Assembly: GCA_032718475.1 (NCBI GenBank)
Contig: JAUCBJ010001028.1
Coordinates: 1-46,052, forward strand
Length of the DNA: 46,052 bases
Direction: 5' to 3'
DNA from: Nemertoderma westbladi
Lineage: Eukaryota > Animalia > Xenacoelomorpha
Under the pieces are notes generated by a model. That model was not told the origin of the DNA, did not search any database, and was given only the letters and a program-made list of their open reading frames with translations. This document shows, one piece after another, positions 25,301 to 37,338 of the stretch. The number at the start of each line of letters is the position of its first letter. Within the stretch, counting starts at the first letter, position 1. The position numbers were made by a program, and so were the translations under genes.

Positions 25301-25329
25301 TAATTCTATCGTGCTATAATTCTGTTATA

Positions 25330-26615
25330 ATTCGTGTTTATTTTTCATGTCCCCTTAGGGGCTCCGTACTGATGGCATGTTCAGCGACGGGTTTTTTATT
25401 TGGATTCTTCCATGAGCCAACTTCAAGAAGAGTGTGGTGGGCTTTCAGTTGCCGACAAATTCGTGTTAAGTTGGGGGCAGGATCGGTGCGAAAAACAGCT
25501 GGGGTGCCGCTGAGGGGACACAACCCACAGACTAGGTGATTAGGACATCTCAAAGGGTGTCTCGTTGTTCATTAGGGACAATGGCTGCGTTAGTGAAGGA
25601 AGAGACAGTTTCACGGAGGAGAAGAATGCGTTGGGAGTGGTACCGGAGCAAGTCGGCAGCAAAGGATTGGCCAATAATGGGTGGAGCATCGATGGGAGAC
25701 TGAGAGAGGATGTGATGAGGGGTAGTGAAGAGGGCGACGCACTGATGGTATTTAGGAAGTTGAGAGCATGGTCGAGATCGAGAGCATGAAATAGCGGGAG
25801 GATGGGTCCTCAGTTGTGAACAAGATGGGTGCTGAAGTTAAATATGGAGGGATGTGAGGAGGCCGGACAAGGACTGATGGGGGGTGACGATGATGTCATA
25901 GGGAGACGTAAATGGGCGTTGGCGCCGGACGACAACGAGCCCGGATGGGGAGAGGGAACAATCTCCCAGGTACCGCAAACATCGCGACTTTTGGTGTCGC
26001 GATTAGATGGGCGTGTACTGTACCTGGCATTAGGTATTCAGCAACGTGACATAGGTCAGGACACTCACGTTGGGTGGCGAGCCAGATGGGACGAGAAGCG
26101 TACAGGGGCCGCGGGACAGGAAGGTTGGAAGATGCAAGGTACCGAGGCGAGGTTGTCGGCGGATGAGTGTGAGGAGCATGCGGAATGAAGAACTACTGGT
26201 TCATCAGCGGTGGATGAGACAAATGGACATACTTGGAAGGATTGATTGTAGGGGACAAGGGGTGACAATGCGGGCTCTGGAAGTTGGCAGGGAGGTTCAT
26301 GGCCCTCTTATACGTGAAACGGTAACCCGGGCTTGGCTGGCACTGGAGAGGAAAGTTGATAGGCGGAGACTCGAAGAGTATGCACTGCGGACTAACTTCC
26401 GGTAAGCTTCGACACATGGTTTAATGTCGGTCATCACATGGGGTTGGTGGGTCGAGGAAATTAAGTAAGGAAGGAAATGCTGGATAGCGGAGGCTAGGGC
26501 AAGGGCTTCCAATTCACACCGAAGCCAAGTGTGAGACTTCAACTTGGCGGAGAAGAATCCGGGAAGGGGGAGGACTGCGTTTGGTGTACAACACCGCACC
26601 GAGACCATCTGTCGA
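25330..26615 (-). mobile_element. Decayed Ty3/Gypsy pol remnant (RNase H followed by integrase)
   Basis: GFFSAKL...WLRCELEALALASAIQHFLPY...TDIKPCV (RNase H-like), then FRTDPAP...KNPNKKPVAEHAI (integrase core-like). Stops and frameshifts. Confidence 0.75.
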
Positions 26616-27127
26616 TGAGTATCTACTCCTCCGCCATTTTAACAATTTGTTGCAATTTTTGCTTTATATGAAAGGTAATTTCATAAGCTTCAATCAATTT
26701 TATGCAGGTATTTACAAAAAACATGGATTTTTTTTTACAAAATTGCCAATTAACAGAAATAGAAAATACAAAAAGTGGCTGAAAAATATGATGAAAATTA
26801 ACATGCTGGTTCCAAGAGACGTGGTATCCGAAAATAAAATTGGAAAATAACGGATGAGTCTTTTTAGTGAAATTATTTAAATGTCACGCAAGCGGCTAAG
26901 GCACGCTTGACCCTTTCCCATTCATTATAGTGGTGCTCATAATCGTGGCAGGGAATATCTTTCGGCAAACAAAATATGTGTTCGGCATTCATGATCATAA
27001 TATTTGTTATGCAATAACCAATGATACAAATATAAAAGAACAATACTAATAAAAAAATAAATTAAAAATGAAAAATAGTAGGTTTAATAAAATAATTTGT
27101 CAATTAAAAAATCAGAGTTAGTTTTAG

Positions 27128-27361
27128 TTACAACTGGCCAGGTAGAGAAACATTATCCTCTGAGACTGCTGAGTATGGAGTCGCTGTTAGTTCAGCCAAT
27201 AAGCGATCAGTTTGGTAACCAGTGTGATCGTATTGGTTGTAGTGACTAGGGTCCCGCTGTTGAGAGAGTTTCTCAGTGTCTGCGACGGTGGGTCGTTTAC
27301 ATTGTGTGGCCCATGACGAGTTCTGCTTGGGAGCCGTTGTAGGCTTACCGCTCATCGCAAA
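27128..27361 (-). CDS. DUF4476/PROSER1-like gene, putative last exon
   Basis: Acceptor ttatattcctcag|TTT GCG ATG, phase 0, compatible with the donor at 29749; 77 codons plus stop. Confidence 0.55.
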   Translation of the reverse strand, partial: FAMSGKPTTAPKQNSSWATQCKRPTVADTEKLSQQRDPSHYNQYDHTGYQTDRLLAELTATPYSAVSEDNVSLPGQL

Positions 27362-28384
27362 CTGAGGAATATAAAGTGAAATATAGTATAAAATAAATTG
27401 TTTGAAGTGAAATATTGAAAAGTTTAGTTGAAGTATTTTTTGAAACTTGAAATATTATGTATACTAACTCAGCAAATTGAACAAAATAAATAAAAACAAT
27501 ACTTCTTCCTGTAAACAGCCGCTAAGAATCAACTAGACCATTTTAATCAACTATAATAAGTTATAAGTTAACCGTGTTTACAAAATTGTGCAGGTTAGTG
27601 AATGAGAAGGTCATAGATCAAATACACAAATTTCAATTTCAATAATATATAAAATGTTATTTACAATTTAAAGTGTAACAATATAATTTTTCTCGCAAAA
27701 ACTAACTGAGAATCCCTGTGTTGCTCCGATATAAAATAGTTCTGAACTATTAAATTTATTGGAATCGCAAACAAAAACACAGGAAAAAAACAATTTTATA
27801 TTTTTTAGGGGAACAGATATAGTGCAAAAATATTTATTTATTACATGAGAAAAGAATATAACTTTTTTTCACCATTCTCGAGGCATTTTATTTACCGAGC
27901 ACCTGCGAGGTTAATATAGGATCGAGAGAATATCGAAAAAAAGTATTTTTTTCCCAAACGATGTAATACGTAATTTTATTCTTAAATTTGAACTTTTTTG
28001 CTTAAAGCAAAATGAATAAAAGATAGAGCGATACTGTATATTGTTACAAAATAAATTGAACTGTAGTATTTTACTATATTGCTTCCATAGTTACTGCAAT
28101 TCAAATTACTGTACTCTTCAACTCCCGATGCTGCCTTACTCAATGTTAAATAATTTAGTGTTCTCGAATATTTATTACGTAACTAGAGAGCCGCTTAACT
28201 AAATATACCAATATTGGATATTGAGTTCCGTTTTGGAGTTCGCCTTGCAGACACAAAAGTGGCAAAACTTTTGTGTGTGTGCACTGTGCATGTGTAAGAT
28301 TAAAAATAATTATAAATTATAAAAAAATAGTTATAAAATAAATAATAGTTCCGTTTTTATCTAAACAAAAATTGATTGTACTTA

Positions 28385-28605
28385 TCAATGGTGGACGACG
28401 ATGTTGACACAAACCCAGCTGTACAATGAGAACCTGGGCCTGGGAGTGTCAAAGAAAGGGTTGGATAATTATTGAGTCTTCAACCTTGGGAGTTAGTGTG
28501 GCACCCTCCCTGCTCCCTGCATTACAGGTAATAGCCAAGAGAGAGGAGCCTTGGGGCGGGTTGCAGCCGGAGTTTCAGGTTTCACACTCACCGATCACAT
28601 TTTTT
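28385..28605 (+). mobile_element. SINE-like fragment sharing its 3' part with 36610-36890
   Basis: Shared cttgggagttagtgtggca, gagag(g/a)agcctt...cgggttgc and tcaccgat. Confidence 0.55.
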
Positions 28606-29073
28606 TAAAGTTGTTTACAAAAACAGCAAAAACAATTTACCAAAATATCAAACTCAAAATCTAAAATGAAAGTGACAAATTCAATCTACTAACAAATGAA
28701 AAGTGCTAAATTTTTAACTGTAGACCGAAATAAAAAAAAACAAAGCAAAAATATTAACCAAAACATTTTTTGGCAAAGCTGTTTTGTTTCGAAAATCATT
28801 TCCGTATTGAAAATTGTTTCAAAATATAGGAGGTAGGCTGGCAGGCTATATATAATAGGTGTTTTTTATGTCACTATTTCGAAATTCAGTTTGTGTTCAG
28901 TTTCCTTCCAAATTATTTAAATATCCCATTTCCAGTGAAATTTGCCTTAATTTTTAGAGAATAAGTTTTATAGGTAGCAGTTTTCATACGACCTGACCTA
29001 AAAATCGTTTTACAGACTCTAATGTATTTCAATGGGAGGCAACTTTATGGTTGGGGCATTTCTCTTAGTCGTT

Positions 29074-29530
29074 TGAGGCTGATATTAGGCTCAATTGAAC
29101 TGCAATGGTCGATATAGTGGGGGGAGGGGAGTTGTGGGTTTTGTGATCTATTTCCAAATATTTTGGAATTAACTGCCTCAAGTTATATTTTTAGAAAAAA
29201 AGCGCCGGATAACTAACGGTAAGCGATTTAGGTTGGAAGGCCAGCCATATCATATAATACGTGGCTTTATATGAGGCTGATTATAGACATAGGCTCATTC
29301 AAACCGCAATTGTCAATACAGTTGGGGTAGCTGACGGTATTTTGATCACTTACCAAATATTTTGGAAACTGCATGATTCATAATTTATTTTCAGTTTCAT
29401 TTCACTTCAGTTCAATAACACATAACATTTAAAGAAAAACATAATTGAGCAATGTGATAAAAATACCACCAGCTACACCCACTATATCGACAATTGCGGT
29501 TTGAATGAGCCTAGGCCTATAATCAGCCTT
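29074..29530. repeat. Direct plus inverted ~60-80-bp repeats (DNA-element subterminal type)
   Basis: tgaggctgat...taggctca...gcaat.gtc at ~29074 and ~29272; inverted copy at ~29453-29529. Confidence 0.65.
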
Positions 29531-29749
29531 CTGTGATGTCTGAAAGTTGGGTTAGTTACACCTTTTGGAAGACAATCTGGGTGAGTGGGTGGGTATAAAA
29601 TCCAAATTTTGAGACTTGACCCTAAATAGCCTACCTCTAAATTGTTGAAAATTGTAATAATACTTATTTTTGAGATTGAATTGGGTCAAATTGGGATTTT
29701 TGACGGAGAAAACATATCAATGTAACACCATTAATTCTTTCACACAAAC

Positions 29750-29935
29750 CTTGTCCATAACCTTCGCCACAACCTCTCTGTCCTCTGTGAATGCAACGGC
29801 ATCGAACATCGTCTCGTGGTTGATAGGGTCCGTTACTATGGGCGCCAACGCCGTGACAACGTCTATCTTACTGCGTCGCGAAGTGACCTCGTACAAAATC
29901 GCCGTCGCCTCAACGCAACTGATAGCGAACATTTT
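29750..29935 (-). CDS. DUF4476/PROSER1-like gene, internal exon (62 codons)
   Basis: ctttacag|AAA ATG...GAC AAG|gtttgt. KMFAISCVEATAILYEVTSRRSKIDVVTALAPIVTDPINHETMFDAVAFTEDREVVAKVMDK resembles the second half of the PROSER1 N-terminal domain (recalled similarity). Confidence 0.72.
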
Positions 29936-30377
29936 CTGTAAAGAAGTTCAAAAAAAATATCGCATATAATTGAATTTGCACCGCAATATTCTGCAACCCA
30001 ATAACTGTTAATATATCCAGTATTTCACGTCCATATCGATAGGTTTTGAATTATTAAATCACCCAACTCAGTAGCAACTAAGATAACGGGGATCCTGATA
30101 GATGCTACATTTACAGGTCCCGGTTGCATTTGGGGCGAGTCAAAACTGCGAGCCATCAGCGAGCAGTTTGATAAAATTAATATGTTTATTATGTTAAAAT
30201 TATGTTCAAAAATTATTATAAAATACATTTTCTTGCCACATTTATACCATTCAAACTTAACTTTGATTAAGTTTTGACATATATCTCAGCTGGCACAAAT
30301 AAAATTAAAAAGTAGTCATATGGGGAGTTAAGCATCACCCTGTGATCAGTAATGCAAAATTTGATCGGAATATTAAG

Positions 30378-30510
30378 CAGCAGCTTGGTCTAGTGGTGAG
30401 AAGCCCAGGTTCGATCCCTAGATGGGGGACAACACTGTTTGGGCACAGTGCTTTAAATGCGCAGCCTCGCCCAACCATGGCTTTCATCCTTCAGTGGTCA
30501 ATAAATTAGG
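30378..30510 (+). mobile_element. tRNA-derived SINE, degenerate
   Basis: A box tggtctagtgg 30386-30396, B box ggttcgatccc 30408-30418, central ggctttcatccttcagtggtcaataaatt. Confidence 0.65.
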
Positions 30511-31332
30511 TTATATTAATTAAGTCTGTCTGTTGAAATGTTAAAATACCATTGTCGGTGATTGCTGTCAGTTTTCTGATTTGACGGATTTTTCTTATGT
30601 TTGCAGACATACCTTCAGAGACACAATACGAGAGAGTTTTCACAAACTCTTAAACAACAGAGCGAGGTTATCTATCACCCAAAACTATTGAACTACATTT
30701 GATAGCTATTAAATGGTTTCAAGCAGGCAGGGATCCTCATAAAAATCTTCTCCATTGAAACTGAAAAGGCGATTATTTTTCGGAATTAGTGAAAGGTATT
30801 CCAGGTTACAGTGGTAAGTTATTCTAATCAAAACAAGAAACGAAAAGTTAAACAGGAAACAGTTAAATTTTTAAGACCAATCAGTTGTTATTTACGCCGA
30901 TTTTCCCCTGAATTGTGATTGTGTAGTCACCCCCCCCCCCCCCCCATCTGAAAGAATGAATGAAATTAAAAAGCATTATATAGAAAGCATTAAAGTATTA
31001 CATGACATCCCTCAATCTTTACATTAATTATCAAATTTAGCCAATTATAATTATTAGTATAGTCGATATGAATGTGCGTGCATACTTGATTAATAAATAT
31101 ATTATGTGACGATAAAATAAATATAATCGTTTAGTTTAACAATATTTACGGAATGATACAAAGACTGAGTAAAAAATTAAATTGAACGTAGGCGAACCTC
31201 CTTCTTTTTCCCTAAACTCATTTAAGATTTGTAGCAATTCCATCCCTTCAAATTTATCTACGGTATTCTAGACATGTCCCAAATATCTTTTACCTAATCT
31301 TGCAGCGATGTATATTTATTACTATTTTGTTA

Positions 31333-32820
31333 CTATTGTTTATTCATTAAGTTTTGAATAGCTTTACCCATCACATCTATAGCAAATTCGGCATCTTTCT
31401 TAGTAATACACATTGGGGGCTTAAGTCGAAAAACATTGCCGTATAACCCGCCTTTACCGAGAAGAATCCCTAAGTCCTTGGTATCCTCCCAGATATCGGC
31501 CATTTTCTCCGGAGCGATCGGAGTTCGAGATAATTTATCTTCCACCATCTCCACGCCAATCATTAGTCCTTTACCTCTGACGTCGCCAACAATCTCGAAA
31601 CGATCCCTCAACTTAGCGAGACCATTCAACAGATACGTACCAACTTCCTCACAATTCTTCTGCAAGTTCTCATCTTCGATCACGTCTAGAGTAGCGGAAC
31701 CAACGGTGCACGCTAAAGGATTGCCTCCGAACGTGTTAAACCAAAGCCCTCTCGACAGCGTATTGGCAATCTCGTGTCGGGTAACGACGGCGGCCATAGG
31801 GAAACCGTTCCCGATCCCTTTCGCCATGGTGACGATATCCGGGGTCAAGCCGTGACTCTCAAAGCCCCAAAAATGACTCCCTAAACGCCCGAATCCAGTC
31901 TGAACTTCATCCATTACGAATAATCCTCCTCTCTCGTGCGTTAAATCGCAGACTTCTTTAAGGAAACCCTTAGGGAATTGGACGGTACCGCCCACACCTT
32001 GTATACCTTCCGCGAAAAACGCAGCAATTTTAGGAGGGACAGAATAAGTCAGCGTATCTCTGTACTGATCCACGTACATATCTTTAGCGTGGCAACTCCC
32101 CTCAGCGCAGTCGCAACTCCGTAAGGTCTGGCAGGGGGAATCCCGACAACGGCTGCCACCCCACGGACCCCGGTAAGGGTCCGCGTTCATGGTGCCCACG
32201 TGACCAAACCCGTGGGGCATGGGCATCCGCCACGTGCCTAACTGCGTCATACCGGAAGTCTGAACACCGACGCCATGGTAACCGTTTCTTAGACTTATCA
32301 CATCCCATGCTCCAGTGTACATTCTAGAAATAGCGATAGCTAAATCGTTAGCTTCGGTGCCGCTATTAACGAAAGTGACCACATCCAAATCTTTGGGTAA
32401 CTTAGCAACTAGCTTCCTAGCGTATTCTTGTTTAGTTGGATTCACGTATATAGACGTTGTGTGCCAAAGTTTCTTAATTTGCTTTTCTATAGCGGCGTTT
32501 AGTTTCGGATGGCAATGACCTACGCTTACAGTAACAATACCCCCGAAGAAATCGAGATACCTGCGCCCATCCACGTCGAATAACCACTGCATGTGTCCCT
32601 GGTGGACCATCACAGGATCTCTGTAGTACTTGACGTAACCAGGGTTGAGATTCTTCTTTCGATATTGCAGCGCCTCCTCGCGGCTCATGGAGGTATAGGG
32701 TTCCGGAACGAAGTCACACGGCGGCATCGGAACGTCTCCGTAACTTGACGAGTTCCTCACTGCTGCATTCAATGTGCCGCATTGTTTCCGCACAACGTTA
32801 AGTAATTTACGGCCAAACAT
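31333..32820 (-). CDS. AGXT2: Alanine-glyoxylate aminotransferase 2 / beta-alanine(BAIB)-pyruvate aminotransferase, mitochondrial-type, intronless CDS, 495 aa
   Basis: Class-III PLP motifs YLDFFGGIVTVSVGHCHP, NSGTEAND, DEVQTGFGR, DIVTMAKGIGNG (PLP Lys), FNTFGGNP. Arg/Lys-rich, acid-free N-terminus. Confidence 0.93.
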   Translation of the reverse strand: MFGRKLLNVVRKQCGTLNAAVRNSSSYGDVPMPPCDFVPEPYTSMSREEALQYRKKNLNPGYVKYYRDPVMVHQGHMQWLFDVDGRRYLDFFGGIVTVSVGHCHPKLNAAIEKQIKKLWHTTSIYVNPTKQEYARKLVAKLPKDLDVVTFVNSGTEANDLAIAISRMYTGAWDVISLRNGYHGVGVQTSGMTQLGTWRMPMPHGFGHVGTMNADPYRGPWGGSRCRDSPCQTLRSCDCAEGSCHAKDMYVDQYRDTLTYSVPPKIAAFFAEGIQGVGGTVQFPKGFLKEVCDLTHERGGLFVMDEVQTGFGRLGSHFWGFESHGLTPDIVTMAKGIGNGFPMAAVVTRHEIANTLSRGLWFNTFGGNPLACTVGSATLDVIEDENLQKNCEEVGTYLLNGLAKLRDRFEIVGDVRGKGLMIGVEMVEDKLSRTPIAPEKMADIWEDTKDLGILLGKGGLYGNVFRLKPPMCITKKDAEFAIDVMGKAIQNLMNKQ

Positions 32821-35800
32821 TGTGCAAATGTAATAATATTAAATTTAATATATAATACATATAAATATTGAGTTATAATTCCAGTCAGAATATGAATCGT
32901 ATAAAATCTATTTACTATTAGTTGGAGTAATAGAATTTACAGAGTACAAGTAGAGTTGGCAACACCACTCCAATGCCAAATACAACCTAATTAAACGTAA
33001 TTATTGCATGTCGCATCCTTCACATAATTATATATATGCGATACGTTGTGTAAAAAAGCTTGAGATATATAATATTCGTCAGCGCCTGCCTATATTAACA
33101 AGCAGAATCGTGATTGGCGCATGTTTGTGGTGCTGCTTCCCTGTGGTTAGGTGGTTGGCCTCACTACATCCATTACACTTTGAGACTGGGTTTGGGTTGG
33201 GGGTGGGGGGCTTGATGAAAATCCCATCTCGGCAAATTAGTATCTGGTATCAATGTTATATTATCAATTCAAAAAAGGAGCAGGTGTCAGCAACACGTAA
33301 TTTTAACCAAAATAATAAACTAAAGTCAATAGACAGGTTCAAATTATTATTTTTAATCTCAAATAAACCAAATTCACATTAACTAATTTACATTTTAATA
33401 TCCATCCAATACCACTAGGATACACCGCAGTTCGCTATCAGCCTTAAATCAACAATTCCCCAAGGCTGCCATCGAAACAGGCCCCACAGGCTGATCAGTT
33501 CTACGATGAGAGTGATGGATAATACTTATCTGTTGTGCCTGCAGGGTGCTTCTGGGTTTTGGCAATAGTTCGTAATAATTAATGAGTCAGGTAGTAAGTA
33601 CTATGCTAATTTGAACATTGTGTGAACATGTGTAACCTCCTGGTGTTTGTACCCTTCAAGGGCTCTGGTCTCTCTGTAATAAGATCACATCACTGGCTGC
33701 CATAATATAACAGTATAGGATCTACTGGGCTCCTTCATAAATAGGTCTGCACTCGGAATACTTAGTGGAAATACAATTATTAAGTATTAATATAGATCTA
33801 ATAATAGTTAATTACTTATTACTAGTTGCGCACATGTGAAGAATACTACTATTTATATACTTAAACCTGTACAGATACTATTAGCAATAATCAATCATAT
33901 GCATATCGCCCCGCAAATTAATTAATCTTATCAGTAACCTATGGGCGTAAGACACAATATAGGGACAATTAATTATATTTACGAATAATAGCATAACTAG
34001 TGGTCTAGCACTAAATGAACCCTCAAAATGTTATTCATTTAAATATAAATTGTAGTAAATTTGAGTACTACAAGGTGGTAACTATTGTTATTATAAGTAT
34101 TATATTAATACTAACTATCAAGTACTCAATGGTCTGTAGTGTAAAATACGTATCGTTATATTAACTTAACTATTATATATCAATGGACTGCAAGCAGTAC
34201 TGTAGGTAATCGTGTCGTGTAACATATTCTGTGCATACTACTTGCAATTGTTGCAAAGAACTAAAATACATCTAGATTTTGTGATAATACAGTATAATCG
34301 TCAGCTGTTTGACCTTGACCTACTAATGAAATAGCCTATAATTTGTAGTGTAGAAACAAATGACCAATAACTGAGAAAGTCTAATCAATAACTAGAAAGC
34401 CAGCAAGCTGACTATAAGAAGACCGTCTATAAGACAACAAAACGAAAAAACTAAATCTGAATTCCGTTTCTGAAGGGAAAAGATGAACAAATATTTAACC
34501 ATATCCAATCCCGGCATCACTATGAAGCAACCAATTTAATATAAGCATACAATATGAATGTATCCTAATAATAATATTCTACGAAACCAGAACAATAAGC
34601 GATTTCTCTCAATAATGGTTAGGTTAATAATATAATGGAGGTAGAGAGTGGGGGTGTCAATATAATCGTCCAGTATCAATATTAGTCTGCCCCACAGCTG
34701 TTGGGATTATAGGCTAATAAAACAAACTTCGAGTAGTTGCGTCCCTCCCCATTAAACAGCTTTGCGTACGTAGAGAGTAATCCCAGCCCATAAATGTCAT
34801 TATTATTAACCTATAAAACATTTGAACGGACCAGAGCTTATAATTCAATCAGCTGGCCTCCCATCTATCATAGCAGTGAGTAGTAAGTAACCTTATAGAT
34901 ATTCCCATAGGATTAACTTGGAAGAGCTATTCAGCTGGCGGGGTAATACATTACAATGTTTGCTTTCTGTCTGGGTTAGAGTGAGATAGTAATAAAATTG
35001 GCAAGTAATGTACTTCTCTGCAGCTGGGCCTATCCATTCAATAAATAGTAGTAGCTTAGTAGGCCCTCATGAGTACCAGCAGCTGGTGTTTCTATCGTTG
35101 AGTTGATGGCAATTTTCGTGTTATGGGGCTATTTTTCGAGAAAAAGTCTTTCGAAAAAAGACACTTTAATAATTCTTTTAGAAACTTTTTTCCACATATT
35201 CTGGGGTTGAGCTGCGTCGAAAACTATAACTTTCATTGACGGACGAGCTATAGTTTCGGAGGAGTTCACCCGATATACATACATACATACATACATACAT
35301 AGTGAATACTTTTACAGTAAGAAGTCCTAACGGTATTCTAACAACTGACAAAGATGCTTTGCTGCTAAAAAAGGGCGGGAGGGGGAGGGATTATCCGAGT
35401 GTATCAGCGTTTTACACGTACTGTACACACCCACTTTGAGTAAATAAAAAGGAGCACACAAAGCGCAGTATATTTTAGTATTCATGTTGTTAACTTTAGT
35501 TAACAAGAAACCCTAATCCAAAGTTAAATTGAAAACTAACCACAAAATATATAACATTTTATGGGTCACGGCTTCATTAGTTTGGTCGCCTTGATAAACC
35601 CCATCAACACATTTAAAAATATTAAGAACCCTTAACTATTTGCGGGTAACATTAATTATCGCAGGACTATCAGGCGGTCTATCATACATGTACACTGTAC
35701 TTTAGAAAAATATTATGCAGTTAGGGGGGGGGGGGGGGGGGGGGGGGATTCGACGCCATAATAATCCATTCCTCTCCAGGGGAGAATCAACGCAAATAAC

Positions 35801-36609
35801 AGCTGATTACCCTCAAAAATAAAATTGTAACCTGTTCTATGGAATACGACAACTAGTTTGTAGTTTGGGTTGTAGTTTTGGAATGTGCCACTGTAACCTA
35901 ATGATTTACCTTAGTAATTAATTTAACATTGAGACGAGATATTAATTCGTAATCTTATTTCATTTAGATACGGTAAATAAATAATAGAATTAATGAATAT
36001 ATTAAATAAAATCAAAGACGCATAATATTCAATTATTAGTTATTGACCGATTGGAGAATAATTTTTAGAATCCAAAGTACAGATTCACGCAGCCCCCGTC
36101 AGCATAAAGGTTTGGCAGGCGTTGAAACAACGAACAAATACTGTGGCCTTACTATGTAGGTAGGTAGATAGAGATATAACTAGGAAGGAACAACTCAATC
36201 AAACTATGTTAGAATGCGATTAGCTGGACTTCGACCACATTATATTATCATGATTAGACAAGGTCGCGTGAACTCGTAACTATATTATCATACAGTTCAT
36301 ACTATTGAGCCAAATAGGGTAACACAATAGGAAATACAATTTTAGAATTTTATATCGAATTTCTTTCGTATCTTAGAAATTGTCTTCGTTGCTCGCCTAT
36401 GTTAAATAATTCAGATATGGTTGGCGAAGAGTTCTCGATGGAGAATGAATGGGTAAGTCTAGATTTAGCCATTTATTATAAGAAGGGATCTAGAAGGGAT
36501 TTAGCCAAGTGTAACTTGCTATTTAATAAAGTGCTAATGTTATTTAAATCCAAATAAAAATTATAAATTGAAATATAAAAACACAATCAATAATATAATC
36601 TTTTGTTAC

Positions 36610-36890
36610 GCCAGCTCGACGGTAAAGGGTTAGTCGTTTCGGCACCAGCCGGGTTCAATTCCGTACCGAGTCAGTAACAATTTCGTAAATGGATCACTGT
36701 TTGGCACTAGAGAAACGGGAACGAGAACTCTGATGAGGGGAGTAAATAGAGTACGTGATAGTTAGTTTCAGCTTTCAGACTTGGGAGTTAGTGTGGCATC
36801 TTTCCTTAAAATACAGGGAACACAGGGGAGAGAAGCCTTCGGGTTGCCCGGGGTGTCTCAAGTTCACCGATAAATCTATTCTACACAACG
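36610..36890 (+). mobile_element. Degenerate tRNA-headed SINE
   Basis: B box ggttcaattcc 36652-36662; 3' region shared with 28485-28600. Confidence 0.55.
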
Positions 36891-36975
36891 TAATTTAGTT
36901 AGCGAATAGAAAGAAACACACAAAATTAAAACACATTATTATAAACATAAAAAATGTATTTACTATTTTTATTAC

Positions 36976-37116
36976 CTTTGCTAAAATCTTTAGAACGCTG
37001 ACTTTGTTTTCTTCCTTGCTTATCGCCCCCAATATCTCCAACACTTGAATGGTTGTAAATGTTGACTTAACTTTCCCAACAGGCCTTCTCACTCCTTCAC
37101 CTTGGGCGCACGCGTC
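36976..37116 (-). CDS. DUF4476/PROSER1-like gene, internal exon (47 codons)
   Basis: tatttatttcccag|GAC...GCA AAG|gtaata. ...FTTIQVLEILGAISKEENKVSVLKILAK joins KMFAIS... in phase 0, paralleling PROSER1 FSSEQVVDLL...KALQHKMVAV. Confidence 0.72.
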
Positions 37117-37338
37117 CTGGGAAATAAATAAATGGTTGTTGAAATTAATTGATCTTAACCGGTTAAGAAATTACTGAAGTTTGGAGATTTCAGGACACAG
37201 GGTGGAAAGAGTCAAAGAACAGAAGGGTCCGAAAAGTGAGACAATGGGTCCAGGTCCATGTGAGTCAAAGGTTCGAAAACGGTTATACAGTACCTACAGT
37301 ACTGTATTACAATTCCCATTACTGAAAAACAATAACAT

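Noticed and set aside
30607-30815. Exon-like segment inside the DUF4476 intron
   Set aside because: Stops in all frames tested on both strands between the candidate splice sites.
31333-32820. Bacterial horizontal origin of AGXT2/DPYS because they are intron-poor
   Set aside because: AGXT2 has a mitochondrial-type presequence and an animal-like N-terminus; DPYS has a spliceosomal intron and a CRMP-like tail. Phylogeny would be needed to exclude it fully.
36730-36780. Hammerhead ribozyme cores (CTGATGA here, at 17537 and at 15751; GAAAC near 33474)
   Set aside because: None has stem II followed by GAAA plus a stem III/UH site in the required arrangement.
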